Assembly (NCBI GenBank): GCA_030390025.1
Contig: CM059434.1
Span: 79,422,001 to 79,486,000, forward strand
Length of the DNA: 64,000 bases
Reading direction: 5' to 3'
DNA from: Squalus acanthias
Lineage: Eukaryota
A program made the position numbers and the translations under genes. Positions 1 to 12,197 of the stretch are shown piece by piece; within the stretch, counting starts at the first letter, position 1; each line of letters starts with the position of its first letter. The notes beneath the pieces are model-generated. The model was not told where the DNA came from and searched no databases. It saw nothing but the letters and a program-made list of their open reading frames with translations.

Positions 1-1
1 A

Positions 2-154
2 GACCTGGCCCCGGATCTCCCTTCTGTTTTGTCTTCCCTCCCTCCCTTGCTGCAACTCTCCACTTCTTGGCATTGCCGAGATCGAAAGTCCAGTGTAAGG
101 GTGTCTTGTGGGTGTCGATCGGCCTCTTGTTCATTGACGCACAACGCTACCTGA
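2..154 (+). CDS. Possible last coding exon fragment of an unidentified convergent gene (DLAPDLPSVLSSLPPLLQLSTSWHCRDRKSSVRVSCGCRSASCSLTHNAT*)
   Basis: Open frame from the window edge to TGA at 152-154, followed by ~900 bp of unique AU-rich, UTR-like sequence. Protein not recognised; could all be UTR. Confidence 0.25.
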   Translation, partial: DLAPDLPSVLSSLPPLLQLSTSWHCRDRKSSVRVSCGCRSASCSLTHNAT

Positions 155-1105
155 AATCCGCCTCGTGCTGCTTTCTCTGGGCTTTTCTCTTGTAGTTATT
201 ATCATGTTACAGGAGGCGATGCTGAAATTTAAAAACATAATCCAAATGCTGCCCGCTTTATATTTTCCTGTATATATTAACTGGCCTGCGCATGTTAATT
301 AATCCAATTATTTCTTTTACTGACTAGTATATCCCCCTCGCCCACCAATGCAAACTAGACTAACAATGTGAGGGGCCATTTCACTCGGACCTGATCAGCA
401 CATGTGGCCAAAGTAACCCTGTGCTAAATTGACATGTCCCTTCCACAGGGATAGTGTGTGTGATGGGGCCGTGAGTCAGACTGCTGTACACTGTCCAAAT
501 GCTGCAGCCACTCACTGGTTCAGTTCGCCGATTCCTCCATTATAAAACTCTTCTGCTAACGCTGGGTGTAAGTTTGAAAGGAATGTTGTGTCGAGGACCC
601 TGACGTTCAATGGTGAAAAGCAAGGACTGATATTCTCGGTTTTGATGGTGCCTGCATGAAACGTCAGTAACGGAAACTAGTTGCTTTCATGCTTATTGTT
701 TAAAAAAAAAAATGATGTGAATAATAGACAATTGTGTACAAAAATTGTATTAACTTCTGTATCATGTGAACCTGTGTATAGATATTCAAAGGTTTAATTC
801 TCGATACTGGATGAAGATCATGTAATCTGTTTATAGTAAAAATGATGTTAATTTGAACAGTGATGCTACTTCCACAATTAAATTTATTGTTTAGTAAAAC
901 CGCATTCCTAGTTACGTTTTTTCTTAAAATGCAAAGGATGTAAAATCCTGTCTAAAAGATGTTTTTATCCTCACGCAGTTTTTTTTTATGGCCATTTAGC
1001 GTGTATTAAGTTCCACAGGTTTTAGGACATGTGCCCCACACACAGTTTGAACTTTTCATCAAATACTGCCGAGTGTAATAGTGATGCAATATAGAAATTA
1101 TTCAT

Positions 1106-1338
1106 TAGTACGATAGCAAAATACTGCGGTTGCTGGAAATCCGAAATAACAACAGAAAACGCTGGAAAAACTCAGCAGGCCAGGCAGCATCCGTGGAGAG
1201 AGAAACAGAGTTAACGTTTCAGGTCGAAGACGTTTCGTCAGAACTGGCGAAAGGTCTTCGACCTGAAACGTTAACTCTGTTTCTCTCTCCACGGATGCTG
1301 CCTGGCCTGCTGAGTTTTTCCAGCGTTTTCTGTTATTT
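1106..1338. mobile_element. Penelope-like element end, palindromic, with hammerhead-like cores
   Basis: Long inverted repeat centred near 1243; 14-bp TSD TAGAAATTATTCAT at 1092-1105 and 1339-1352; CTGACGA...GAAACGTT motif on the minus strand. Confidence 0.8.
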
Positions 1339-1584
1339 TAGAAATTATTCATGGTAGCTCGCCACTCCTTCAAGGCTCGCACAGAGCTAAGTTGTGATCA
1401 CTAAACGCTATCGTGCCCTTTACTACAGCATTCTATACCAGCAATAAGTGTATTAGAAGTTACTTAAAACTGTCAACCAAAGCCACAAACCCAATTCTTT
1501 ACTTAACGTACAAGTTATTTGAAATGATTCAACGGTTGCATGTTGGTAAATCGACAACATTAATGGTTTTCAAAATTAGCATTT

Positions 1585-1890
1585 AGTAAGGCTTCTTCTA
1601 CAGCACCTCCCAAACCCATGACCTCCACCACCTAGAAGGACAAGGGCAGCAGGTGCATGGGAGCGCCACCACCTCCAGGTCACACACCATCCTGACTTGG
1701 AAATATATCGCTGTTCCTTCATAGTCAGTGGGTCAAAATCCTGGAACTCCCTAACCAGCAGCACTGTGGGAGCACCTTCACCACACGGCCTGAGTGGTTC
1801 AAGGAGAAGGCCCACCCACCACCACCTTCTCGAGGGCAACTGGGGATGGGCAATAAATGGTGGCCTTGCCAGTGACGCTGACATCTCAAA
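1585..1890 (+). mobile_element. 3' fragment of the LINE family seen at 55317-58595
   Basis: Matches 58280-58590 by eye, including the GGGATGGGCAATAAATG tail. Confidence 0.85.
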
Positions 1891-2154
1891 TTATTAATAA
1901 AAACAGGGGATTGAATCAATTCCAAGTTTAGTACGTACGTGTGTTGGGACTTATTGAAAATCACATTGATGCTCCTTTGCTCTCCTGTTTTATTGAAAAC
2001 CAAGTTATTAAAGCTTTTCTTTTCATGCAGAGATGGGCTTATGTCTTAAGTCCAAAGTGCTTCAGCTTCCAAAGTTTATAATTGAGAGGGGGCTTGGGTG
2101 ATGGACCTGAGGGGAAGGTATTTTAATTAGTGTGGGATTTTATTTATATTTGTT

Positions 2155-2560
2155 CTTTGGGTGTGGATGACACTGGCAAGGCTGCATTTATTGCCCATCC
2201 CTGTTTGTCCTGAGAAGATATTGGGGGCTTTCTTGAGTAGCAGTTGTTGAGTGGTTGTTTACTTAACCTACATGTCATATGAAATGATTTGAAATAGTTG
2301 TTGGCCACTTCAGGGGGCATTAAGATTCAACCTGTATAGTGTGGAATGGAGTCACATGTAGGCCAGATTGGGTAAGGACAGTAAGTTTCCCCTCCCTGAA
2401 GGACATTAGTGAACCAGTCAGGGTTTTTACAACAATCCGGCAGCTTTCATGCTCTTTTTTTCTGGTGCTATCCAAATTCACTAGATCTATTGAATTAATT
2501 TTTGCGATGGGATTTGAACTCACAACCTCTGAGTTGCTAGTCCACTATCAGAACCATTAT
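2155..2560 (-). mobile_element. tRNA-derived SINE sharing head, body and tail with the 55317 LINE
   Basis: Reverse complement contains GGTTCACTAATGTCCTTCAGGGAGGGG body and GGGATGGGCAATAAATGC tail. Confidence 0.8.
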
Positions 2561-2639
2561 CACGTACCTGACCGCACATGATGAACAAGACTCTGATATA
2601 TCTTGAGAGATGCTCTTTGCGATCGCTGGGAGAGAAGGG

Positions 2640-4127
2640 GCCATTAGAGATACTCGACGTGGATTCTGGAATAGAAGGCCGTGTCTGACAAACTTGTTTG
2701 AGTTTTTGATGAAGTTGCTAGGTTAGTGGATGAGGGTAATCCGGTTGACATGGTCTGCCTAGACTTTCAGAAAGCCTTGGATAAAGTACCTCACACTAGG
2801 TTACCTCAAGATAGAATCTTGTATCAGTGGGAATTTGATATACGAGATTAGGAATTGGTTCCAATCCCGCAGGCAAAAAGTTGCAGTCAGTGGTTGTGGA
2901 TCAGCCTGGAGGCAGGTTACTAGTGGTATTCCCCAAGGATTGATGTTAGGCCCATCACTGTTCACTGCTTTCATTGATGATCTGGATAGTGGTGTTGGGG
3001 GTATGGTCAGTAAGTTTGCAGATGATACTAAAATTTGTGCAAGAGTTAAGGCTGCAAAAAGATTTAGGTACACTAAGGGAACGGGCCAAGCAATGGCAAA
3101 TGGCATTAACCTAAACAAATGCAGTGTGATGCATGTAGACAGGACCAACACAGAGTATACTTATCATTTATAGGGAATAATACCGAAAGCAATTGAGAGA
3201 AAAGAATCTTGGGGTTACTGTGCACAGATCACTGAAGGTTCACAACCAATGCAGAGGGGTCATAGCCAAAGCTAACAGGGTGTTGGGTTGTATTAATAGA
3301 ACCATTCAGAGTCAAGGGTCACCATTCTGTCATTGTGCAGGTCCTTTGTCAGACCACATCTGGATTACTGAGTCCAGTTTCGGTCCCCTCACATGGTGGG
3401 TAATTTAGTGGCCTTGGCAAAGGTCCAGAGGAGAGCCACAAAAATGATTCCTCGCTTAAAAAGCCTGAGTTACACAGAGAGACTTAAAGAACCTGAGTTA
3501 CACAGAGAGACTTAAAGAGCCTGAGTTACACAGAGAGACTAAAGAGCCTGAGTTACACAGAGACTTAAAGAACCTGAGTTACACAGAGAGACTTGAGAGC
3601 TGGGTCTGTTTACTCTAGAGCAGCGAAGACTTGGAGGTGAGCTGATAGAGATTTATAAAATAATTGAAGGGCTGGATAGCGTGCCTATTGATAGATTATT
3701 CCAGTTTAGCAGGTTGGGGAGGACCAGGGGACACAGGTTTAAACTAATGTAAGAGTAGGAATAGACTGGATGTTGGGCAGTTCTTCTTTCCCCAGGGAGT
3801 AGTGAGCCTCTGGGATGTGTTGCCGGCTGGTGCAGTGGGTGCTGACTCTCTGCCTTCAAGAGGGAGCTGGACCGGTTCCTGACTCGGGGCAGAGATCACA
3901 TCATAGAGAAGGTCAGTGGATTAACATTTAACGTGCGTATGGTCAGTGTGACCTCTTGGGCTGGTTTCGATTGCCTGAGGGGGTCGGAGAGGAATTTCCC
4001 AGAGTTTTTCCCCCTTATTGGCCCTGGGTATTTTCTCTGCTTTTTTGTGTCTCGCAGGAGATTACATGGCTGTGGGGGGGAGGGAAAAGTCTAGTCACGA
4101 TGCTCCGGCCATCATGAGTGTGGGGCA
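2640..4127 (+). mobile_element. Degenerate CR1 LINE (RT and 3' region); 3'UTR interrupted by a SINE and resuming at ~4586-4640
   Basis: VTSGIPQG and KFADDTK motifs; frameshifts and stops. Confidence 0.85.
3460..3598 (+). repeat. ~28-bp tandem repeat, about 5 copies, inside the CR1
   Basis: Repeated AAGAGCCTGAGTTACACAGAGAGACTTA. Confidence 0.9.
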
Positions 4128-4585
4128 GAAAGAAAGACTTGCATTTCTATAGCGCCTTTCACGACCACCGGACGTCTCAAAGCGCTTTACAGCCAATGAA
4201 GTATTTTTGAAGTGGAGTCACTGTTGTAATGTGGGAAACGCGGCAGCCAATTTGCACACAGCAAGCTCCCACAAACAGCAATGTGATAATGACCAGATAA
4301 TCTGTTTTTTATGTTGATTGAGGGATAAATATTGGCCAGGACACCGGGAATAACTCCCCTGCTCTTCTTCGAAATAGTGGCATCTTTTACATCCACCTGA
4401 GAGAGCAGACAGGGGCTCAGTTTAACGTCTCATCCGAAAGACGGCACCTCCGACAGTGCAGCACTCCCTCAGCACTGCACTGGAGTGTCAGCCTAGATTT
4501 TTGTGCTCGAGTCCCTGGAGTGGGACTTGAACCCACAACCTTCTGACTCAGGCGAGAGTGCTGCCCACTGAGCCACAGCTGACAC
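4128..4585 (-). mobile_element. Deu-domain tRNA-derived SINE (SacSINE1-like), full length
   Basis: Reverse complement: GTGGCTCAGTGG A box, GGTTCAAGTCC B box, GATGAGACGTTAAA Deu motif, L2-like tail. Confidence 0.8.
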
Positions 4586-4822
4586 ATGGACTTGATGGAC
4601 GAGCTGGTCTTTTCCTGCCCAGCACTGTGATATGTTGCTGTACAGTTTGACCATGCACTCCATGTTCAGAGTCTTGAGCTGGAACCATTTGATAGAGAAA
4701 TCGATCACTGCCCTGCTCTCACACAATGCAGCAGTGGTCTAACTGGAGTGGGCAGTGGGATGTCCACAGCCTTGCTGATTTACAGGCAGCCTTAGTTTAA
4801 CATTTTATGCAGAAAAATATTA

Positions 4823-4828
4823 TTTATT
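4823..4828 (-). terminator. Candidate poly(A) signal of the PLEKHG7-like gene
   Basis: AATAAA on the minus strand ~225 nt past the stop codon. Confidence 0.4.
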
Positions 4829-5051
4829 TTTTGTATCACAGTGTGCCAATATTTTTGCTGAATAATAAAACAAATGCACGCTGCTTTGTTACAATACTTC
4901 TATTAGAAACCAGAGCTATTTTTAAATCGAATACAAGAGGTAGATTTCTTCAAAATGCACTGAACAGACTGAGGCGAATGAGCGGAGATTCTCGCTGACC
5001 CACTCAGCGGGAGAACAGGCCTTTTGTGAATTTTAACCGCGGTCGTGGGAG

Positions 5052-5162
5052 TTAAATTTCAGATGATTCGTTCAAGAACGAACTTTGAAGTGAGCGTCGT
5101 GCAGGGTTTAGAATGTTCCTGTAGGCAGTCGATGCTGTCTCTATGTGTGACATCCAGGTTTT
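5052..5162 (-). CDS. PLEKHG7: PLEKHG7-like last coding exon (KTWMSHIETA...NESSEI*)
   Basis: ttctttcag acceptor; 111 nt to TAA; matches the recalled PLEKHG7 C-terminus KTWMAQI...ESSEI. Confidence 0.9.
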   Translation of the reverse strand, partial: KTWMSHIETASTAYRNILNPARRSLQSSFLNESSEI

Positions 5163-5724
5163 CTGAAAGAAAAGAAGGTCATTCACTTTGGTGCATCTAC
5201 CTTTACTGTATTCCTTCACATTACTGGCTCATTCTATGAAAGCCATCTTTTGGAATGCCGAATGAATCTAATATTTGCCCTGCAGGTTTGTGTACTGGAG
5301 AGAGAAAAGGATGGATAACATTTGGAGGGAACATAGAACAGAGATTATATATTTTGTTAAGACCTAGAGTTGCCAAACAATGAGCTTTACTGTGCATCAT
5401 ATAATTGTTGTCCACTTTGAATTTTTTATTTTATTTGTAAGTCATTTCTGATCTTCGGTCCGCTTGGCCTCAGTGCCGAAGGCAGGAAGACGGGCTGCCA
5501 CCAATCAGCTGCTGGCGCTCCTTATGACAAACCAAGAGGTGCCAGGGACAACCCAGGTGTGCATGTGACGGCCCCCTTCAGAGAAAAGGAGCCCCTTGGT
5601 TCAGAGCCTCTCTGTTCACAGCTCACACCAGGAGCTCCACTCATGCCCAACACCATGTCTACAATCATACTCTGACCGTTTAACAGCACAGCGCCAGGCT
5701 TCAGTTTAATGGTGCTACCCCTCG

Positions 5725-6500
5725 GCTCCACATGTACGCTGATAACACCCAGCTCTACCTCACCACCACTTCTCGCGACCCCTCCACTGCCTCTGTGTTG
5801 TCGGACTACTTTACTGACACCCAGTCAGTCCTGGATGATCCACAATTTCCTCCAATTATACATTAGGAAGATCGAAGCCATTGTCTTCGATCCCCGCCAC
5901 AAACTCCGTTCCCTTGCCATCGCCTCCATCCCCCTCCACGGCCACTGTTTCAGGCTGAACTAGACTGTTCACAACCTCGCCATCCTAATTGACCCTGAGC
6001 TGAGCTTCTGACCCCCATATCCTCTCCATCACCAAGACCACCCACTTCCACCTCTAATACCACCCGTCTCTGCCCCTGCCTCAGCTCATCCGCTGCTGTA
6101 ACCCTCATCCATGCTTTTGTTACTGCCAGACTCAACTATTCCAACGCACTCCTGGCCGGCCTCCCATCTTCCACCTTCCATAAACTTCAGCTCATCCAAA
6201 ACTCTGCTGCCCCTGTCCTAACTCGCACTGAGTCCCGTTCACCCATCACCCCTGTGCTCGCTGAGCTACACTGGCTCCCAATCCGGCAACGCTTCGATTC
6301 AAAATTCAAAACTCAAAATTCTCATCTTCATGTTCGAATCCCTCTATGGCCTTGCCCCTCCCTATCTCTGTAACCCTCCTCCAGCCCCACACCGCTCCAA
6401 GAACTCTTCCTCCAACTCTGGCCTCCTGTGCATCCCCACTTCCTCCGTCCCACCATTGGTGGCCGTGCCTTCAGCCCTCTAGGCCCACAGCTTTGTAATC
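5725..6500 (+). mobile_element. L2 LINE 3' fragment
   Basis: Degenerate C-rich L2 ORF2 end (TQLYLTT, QLIQNSAA, HITPVL-like motifs). Confidence 0.8.
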
Positions 6501-6581
6501 TATAAGTCAGTACTCTTGCTTCAGCTTACAGACTTTCAAAGTACAAGTCAGTGTTCAGGTCTTGTTCACATGTAGTTTTAC

Positions 6582-6679
6582 CTTAACAGCCTCTGAATGT
6601 GCTTGAAGTGTGAAGATTCCTATACATTGCTGATATCTGTTTTGATGTATTACTAAAAAAGCATCGCGCACTCCACAGC
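6582..6679 (-). CDS. PLEKHG7: PLEKHG7-like exon, PH domain (CGVRDAFLVIHQNRYQQCIGIFTLQAHSEAVK)
   Basis: AG/GT flanks, 98 nt, phase 1 to 0; similar to recalled GLRNAFLIQHENRYRQCI. Confidence 0.9.
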
Positions 6680-7276
6680 CTGCAAGAGAAGGAGATGTGT
6701 CGTAGGTATACTGAATTTGATAAGTGAAACAAAACAATGCAAAAGACTAAATGATGTTGGGTCCCTAATCAACTATGGACAGACAAGAGATGCTTTTAGT
6801 AGACTTGCCGATCTTCCGTGGTGTTGCTCGTGAGTAATCTGGTGCACAGTTGGGGTGGAGATGTGTTCATCTGATCGGCCCTTTTAAACCCACTGTTCGC
6901 TGGTGGGAAAATCTCTAAATAGGCATGTGATCAGGTCAGTTTGTGATTGCTGAGAGATGTGTGTGTGTGTCTAGGTTGGCAGCTGCTTGTAAATTCTTGG
7001 CTCCTTCCCTCTGAGATCGGGAGGGTTATCCAGGTTAGCAAGAAATTACTGGCTTTTATTTCTACTCTTTTTTAAAAAGACAGCTGTGATTTGTTTTATG
7101 AATGATATTTAAGCCAATCAATTGCATATATGACACTATCCGGTTTGGCAGAGTGGCATGGATTATCAGTAAGTTAGGACAGTAGTGAAGGAAAGATCCC
7201 AATTCCTGAAGGATAAAACTGAGAACTATTTATTCTAGTTACTAGAAAGTTTGTCCCCTTGTTGAAGCCTTTAGCC

Positions 7277-7701
7277 CAGTGTTGTCCAATAGAATCGTTG
7301 CTAGCCACAGGTGAGGCTAAGGCGACACCGTTTTATCCACAGGCGCTAAGTTTAGTCGAAAACGCCTTGCACACACTCACACAATACAGTAAATGTGTTT
7401 CACACGTGTATATTAACTGAACAACCATCTCCCACCATTCAGTAACCAAGGAAGCGAAGCACTCACAACGATCACTAAACACTCGCACACACACTGCTTT
7501 TCCTCTCACCACTTTCTCAACAAACGCACAAAAAGGTTAAAGTTCACATGCATACATTGTGCGAATATGAGTATTGAGATCACAGGCCCAACGACTGTGT
7601 CTATTACTCATTTTTTATTCACTAATCATAAATGCAATTCGCCACATCTGGAGTCCCCATTAGCCACATGTGGCTGGTGGCTAGCGTAATGGACAACACT
7701 C
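7277..7701. mobile_element. Non-autonomous hAT (Charlie/MER3-like) DNA transposon
   Basis: TIRs CAGTGTTGTCCAATAG...TAATGGACAACACT with GCTAGCCAC/GTGGCTAG subterminal motifs; no clean 8-bp TSD. Confidence 0.6.
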
Positions 7702-7780
7702 TTCCAGTACAACTGTACTGGTGCAAGATTGCAAATAGTCTTTGCTCATACCGAGGTTAAAATAAAATAGCACAACGTAC

Positions 7781-7934
7781 CGGCTGAATGGAATGGATCA
7801 ATGTTCTTCAGTACTAATCTGTCCAGGGGAATCGGCTGATCAAGTACAGAATACACAGCTCCGTCTCTGCCCATGCCTTGTAATTCAGAATTGGGTGAAG
7901 GACTCTTGAGCCCAGTGTCTAAGGCTCCTGATTT
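7781..7934 (-). CDS. PLEKHG7: PLEKHG7-like exon, PH domain (KSGALDTG...VLDQPIPLDRLVLKNIDPFHSA)
   Basis: AG/GT flanks, 154 nt, phase 0 to 1; VLDQPIPLDRLV matches recalled PLEKHG7. Confidence 0.92.
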
Positions 7935-8134
7935 CTGCAGGTGTACAAATTTACCATCTGATCAGCCACAAAGTACCTTCATAATACAGAATCCATTTTA
8001 TCCTCCACTCCTATTTTGTAAGTCACGTTCTCTTCCACCTCCCTCTCCTACTCACATCCTTCCCGAACCAGAGAGCAGGCAGATATCCCATTGCTCGGCT
8101 TTCTGACGATGTCATTCTGAATTGGGGAATAATT

Positions 8135-8560
8135 CGGTTATGTGGAGAGACTGGAGAAGCTGGGCTCGTTCTCCTTAGAGCAGAGAATGTTAAGAGGAGA
8201 TTTGAGAGAGGTGTTCAAAATCATGAATGGTTTTGACAGAGTAAATAAGGAGAGACTGTTTCCAGTGGCAGAAGGGCACAGATTTAAGGTGATTGGCAAA
8301 AGAACCAGAGGCGACACGAGGAAACTTTTTTTCACACAGCGAGTTGTTGTGATCTGGAATGCGCTCCATGAAAGGGCGATGGAAGCAGATTCAATAGTAA
8401 ATTTCAAACAGGAATTGGATAAATACTTTGAGGCGAAAAAATTTACAGAGCTATGGGGAAAGAGCGGGGGAGTGGGACTAATTGAATAGCTCTACCAAAG
8501 AGCCAGCACAGGCACGATGGGCCGAATGGCCGCCTTCTGTGCTTTAAGATTCTATGATTC
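8135..8560 (+). mobile_element. CR1 LINE 3' fragment
   Basis: ERLEKLG..LEQR..RGDL and FFTQRVV motifs; ATTCTATG tail. Confidence 0.9.
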
Positions 8561-9947
8561 TAATCCAATGCCAAGGGGACTGTGCTTTGTGTGGATTGCC
8601 CTGTCTTTAAATTCTCCCTTCCCTTTAATAGAAGGACCTTGTTTCCACTCAATACTGCTACGGGCCAAACCACTCTACCAGCTGGCATAGAGATGGTTAC
8701 AGCCATGGAAGGAACCTTCGCGTCGCGCTCTGTCAGACTGTTAATCAGCCTGCGAATCCTCCTACCACTCCACACTATTCTCCAAGGGAAGAGTGTGAAG
8801 ATATGAAAACAACCACTGCGAGCAGACCAGCTGAGAAGGGGAACTCACAATGTAGGGAATTACATAGGCAGGTAGTCTGCCTATTCTGGGGCAGTCTGTC
8901 AGTGTACTGACACACATAGTACTGGACCCCACATCCCAGTATAGAATCTTTACATGATCTTTAAACCTGGTCAGCACACAGTGACCTAATCTTTCAGTAC
9001 ACCATCCCAGTTCAATATGCGTTTAACAAAATATAAGTAAATAAGTACATCGAAGTACTAATAAATATTTCTCTTTAATTGAAATGTACTTATGTAGAAA
9101 TACATAAAAGTTACAACATGGAATCAGGCCAATCGGCCCAACCAGTCCGTGTCGGTGTTTACCCTCCACGCGAGCAAATAATTCGAATCACATTTACCCG
9201 CCCTGTTCCCATATCCTTTTCCTTCATCCACCTCTCCAATCTAATCCTGAATGTTGACATAGTTTCTGCCTCAAACTCTAACTTCACAACCCTCTGTGTG
9301 ATGGAGATTCTCCTGCCCTCTGTTCTAAATCTTTTTACATTTAATCTTGTATCTGTGGCCCCTCGTTCTTGACCCCTCAGCTATTGAAAAATTGTTGTTT
9401 CAATGTCTTGTAATTATTTATACATTTCTGATATCTGGTGCATTAGCTTGTCCTTGTTCTCACTACTTTCACTTCTAAGACTTGTTCAAAAGGCCACAAA
9501 ATGATTCAATGTATCGGGGCTGAGTAATTTGATAGAAATATATGAGTAACTTGGGACGTGACATGGGGTGAGTGTAGCGTGGCTTGGGTGGAGCATGTGA
9601 CTTTGGACCTCTGGTTTCCAAAGCCCTCCACCACTGGGGTTTTCCTCGTGTCATGTCTGGGTCTGTTGTAGACTAACTGACTGAAAAGTAATTGCTATGG
9701 TTAGTCAACAGCTCCATTATTGTTGTATCATGGAGCGACTAACAGGATGGTAGAAGGTGAGCGAGATGGACCTTGATCTTTTTACGTCAAGTGATTCCTC
9801 TGTTCCTTTGGATGGTCAGCGGCCAGAGCTTTTCCTCACAATTAGAAGCGGGTAATACATTTGGATTGCCATCAGAACTGCTTTAATGATTTCAGGAACT
9901 CGTAATCTGTCACTGATGTTTTCTTTAATATGGAAATAATTTATTAC

Positions 9948-10027
9948 CTTTTTAGCATTTTTAATCTTTGTGATTAAAAGTAAATCATCAAAAAGAAACA
10001 AATGTACATCCAGGAATTTCGTTGTCT
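9948..10027 (-). CDS. PLEKHG7: PLEKHG7-like exon, PH domain (ETTKFLDVHLFLFDDLLLITKIKNAKK)
   Basis: AG/GT flanks, 80 nt, phase 1 to 0; typical RhoGEF PH motif LFLFxDxLLITK. Confidence 0.93.
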
Positions 10028-10095
10028 CTGTAAGAAAAGTACAATTAGAAACATTTTAGTTTCAAGTATTTGACACTATTGTAATTACATTACAT

Positions 10096-10640
10096 GCCTC
10101 CGCAAGATCCTGCAAATCCATTAGCAGGATAGGCGCACCAACGTCAGTGTTCTCGCTCAGGCCAACATCCCCAGCATCGAAGCTTTGACCACGCTCGATC
10201 AGCTCTGATGGACGGGTCACATCGTCCGCATGCCCGATACGAGACTCCCAAAACAAGCGCTCTACTCGGAGCTCCGACATGGCAAGAGAGCCCAGGTGGG
10301 CAGAGGAAACGCTTCAAGGACACCCTCAAAGCCTCCTTGAAAAAGTGCAACATCCCCACTGACACCTGGGAATCCCTGGCCCAAGACCGCACAAAGTGGA
10401 GGAGAAGCATCCGGGAAGGCGCCGAACACCTTGAGTCTCTTCGCCAGGAGCAAGCGGAAGCCAAGCGCAAGGAGCGCACGTCAACCCAAGCACCTCACCC
10501 ACCCGCCCCTTCAACCACCGTCTGCCCCACCTGTGACAGAGACTGTAGGTCCCGCATTGGACTCATCAATCACCTGAGAACTCATTTTTAATGTGGAAGC
10601 AAGTCATCCTCGGTTCCGAGGGACTGCCTAAGAAGAAGAA
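10096..10640 (+). mobile_element. RTE-clade LINE 3' fragment
   Basis: GHIVRMPDTRLPK, GGQRKRFKD and C2H2 finger CPTC..HLRTH; (AAG)n tail; AATTACATT on both flanks. Confidence 0.85.
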
Positions 10641-10673
10641 TTACATTTCCAATCTGGAATAAGTAACACTTAC

Positions 10674-10767
10674 CTGCGAGACTTAATCTTCCTTCATGTA
10701 AAAGGTGTCTGTTCGCAGGCGAAAGGAGTCCATCTGCACTGTTATCTTTGAGCAGATATCGAAGACT
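10674..10767 (-). CDS. PLEKHG7: PLEKHG7-like exon (SLRYLLKDNSADGLLSPANRHLLHEGRLSLA)
   Basis: Pyrimidine tract plus CAG, GTAAGT donor, 94 nt; matches recalled LSPTSRHLLYEGKL. Confidence 0.92.
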
Positions 10768-11103
10768 CTGGTGAGGATTGGGAAATGAAGTGAGAATGAC
10801 AAAATCAGACCATTATTTAAGATCTTAGACCTTCCGTAAAATTGAAAGATTTTACTCCGAGGGCACTGCGATTATAACTGGGGGTAATACAAATACCCAC
10901 TTGGCACGATCCGCACTCTCTCATAGTGTCCAACTCATTAACCCTGGTGCCAGTTTCATCGTGAACTCCTGTGGTGAGCAAAGCCGCCGCCACGGTGTTT
11001 GTCTGTCTGGGAGGGGATGATGAAAGAGTGGACAGGAAGTTCTGCTTCAAGCACTTCCTACACAAGGGGTAAGCCGATCCATAGTTTACTTTTTGTACAC
11101 AAT

Positions 11104-11238
11104 GGGGGTAAGATTTTGACTTTGTGCGATGGCGTGAAGTGGGTGATAAGAGAATCGGCAGCCCGTTTCACATCTCTCCCCATTTTTATTTCCATAGAAG
11201 AATTTCCATTGACTTCAATGGAAATAAAAATCTACCCC
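11104..11238. mobile_element. Short Harbinger-like MITE
   Basis: GGGGGTAAGATTTT...AAAATCTACCCC terminal inverted repeats. Confidence 0.55.
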
Positions 11239-11409
11239 ATTCTTTCTCCAGTGCCAGGTGCAATCCATTGTTTCCATTCATATGAATTATCCATCATGTG
11301 TTAAAATGGTGTCTGTGCAAAAGCTTCCAACCTAGCTTTCAAGTTACTATGCTAGTTTTCTTTCACTTTGTCAATTTTCTTGTCTTGTCTTGACTTCTTG
11401 GAGACGTTG

Positions 11410-11750
11410 GCTATGAAGGGTTACGATAAGGTTAACACCGATAGATTGTTTCCACTGGTCAAAGAGGCAATGGCCAGAGGGCGCAAACTGAAGATAATCA
11501 CAGGAAGAATTAAAGGGGAGGTGAGAAGAAATTGCCTTTACACAGGGGGAGGTTCGGGTGTGGAATTCTCTGCTGTTAACTGTTATTGACCTAGAGTCCA
11601 TAAAGTCTTTTAACAAGGCATTAGATAGTTAAAGAGGAGTATTGAAGAGTATGTGGGAAGCAAGCAGGACGGCGGAATTAGACCCGACACCTCATGAGGA
11701 AAAACCCTGGTGCGGAGTTGCTGGGCGAATGGCCCATGTCTGCTGGAGTA
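11410..11750 (+). mobile_element. Degenerate CR1 3' fragment
   Basis: MKGYDKV..LFPLV..RG.KL motif. Confidence 0.7.
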
Positions 11751-11772
11751 TTCTGTGGGCACCAGTCACATA

Positions 11773-12197
11773 CATAGAAACATAGAATCTAGGAGCAGGA
11801 GTAGGCCATTCGGCCCGTCGAGCCTGCTCCACCATTCAATACGATCATGGCTGATCATCCAAATCCAGTACCCTGTCCCTGCTTTAATCCCCACAGTACA
11901 CATATCCCACCCTACCCCCGTAACCCCACGTATTTAATTCCCCCTAACATATCCCATCCTATCCCCATAACCCCACATATTTAATACCCCCCTAACACTA
12001 AGGGTCAATTTATCATAGCCAAATCAACCTAACCCGCACATTTTTGGACTGTGGGAGGAAACCGGAGCACCCGGAGGAAACCCACGCAGACACGGGGAGA
12101 ATGTGCAAACTCCACACAGACAGTCACCCGAGGTCAGATTCGAACCCGGGTCCCTGGCGCTGTGAGGCACCAGTGCTAACCACTATGCCACCGTGTT
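11773..12197 (-). mobile_element. V-SINE (HE1-like) with CR1 tail, young copy
   Basis: tRNA head, V-domain GTGTGGAGTTTGCACATTCTCCCCGTG, TTCTATG tail; near identical to 29863-30291. Confidence 0.9.

Noticed and set aside
3460-3598. Regularly spaced ~28-bp repeats as a CRISPR-like array
   Set aside because: Head-to-tail with no unique spacers, inside a LINE, in eukaryotic DNA.
10890-11060. CLKQNF frame resembling the start of the human exon (CLKHIF)
   Set aside because: Similarity stops after a few residues; the homologous exon with good splice sites is 10674-10767.
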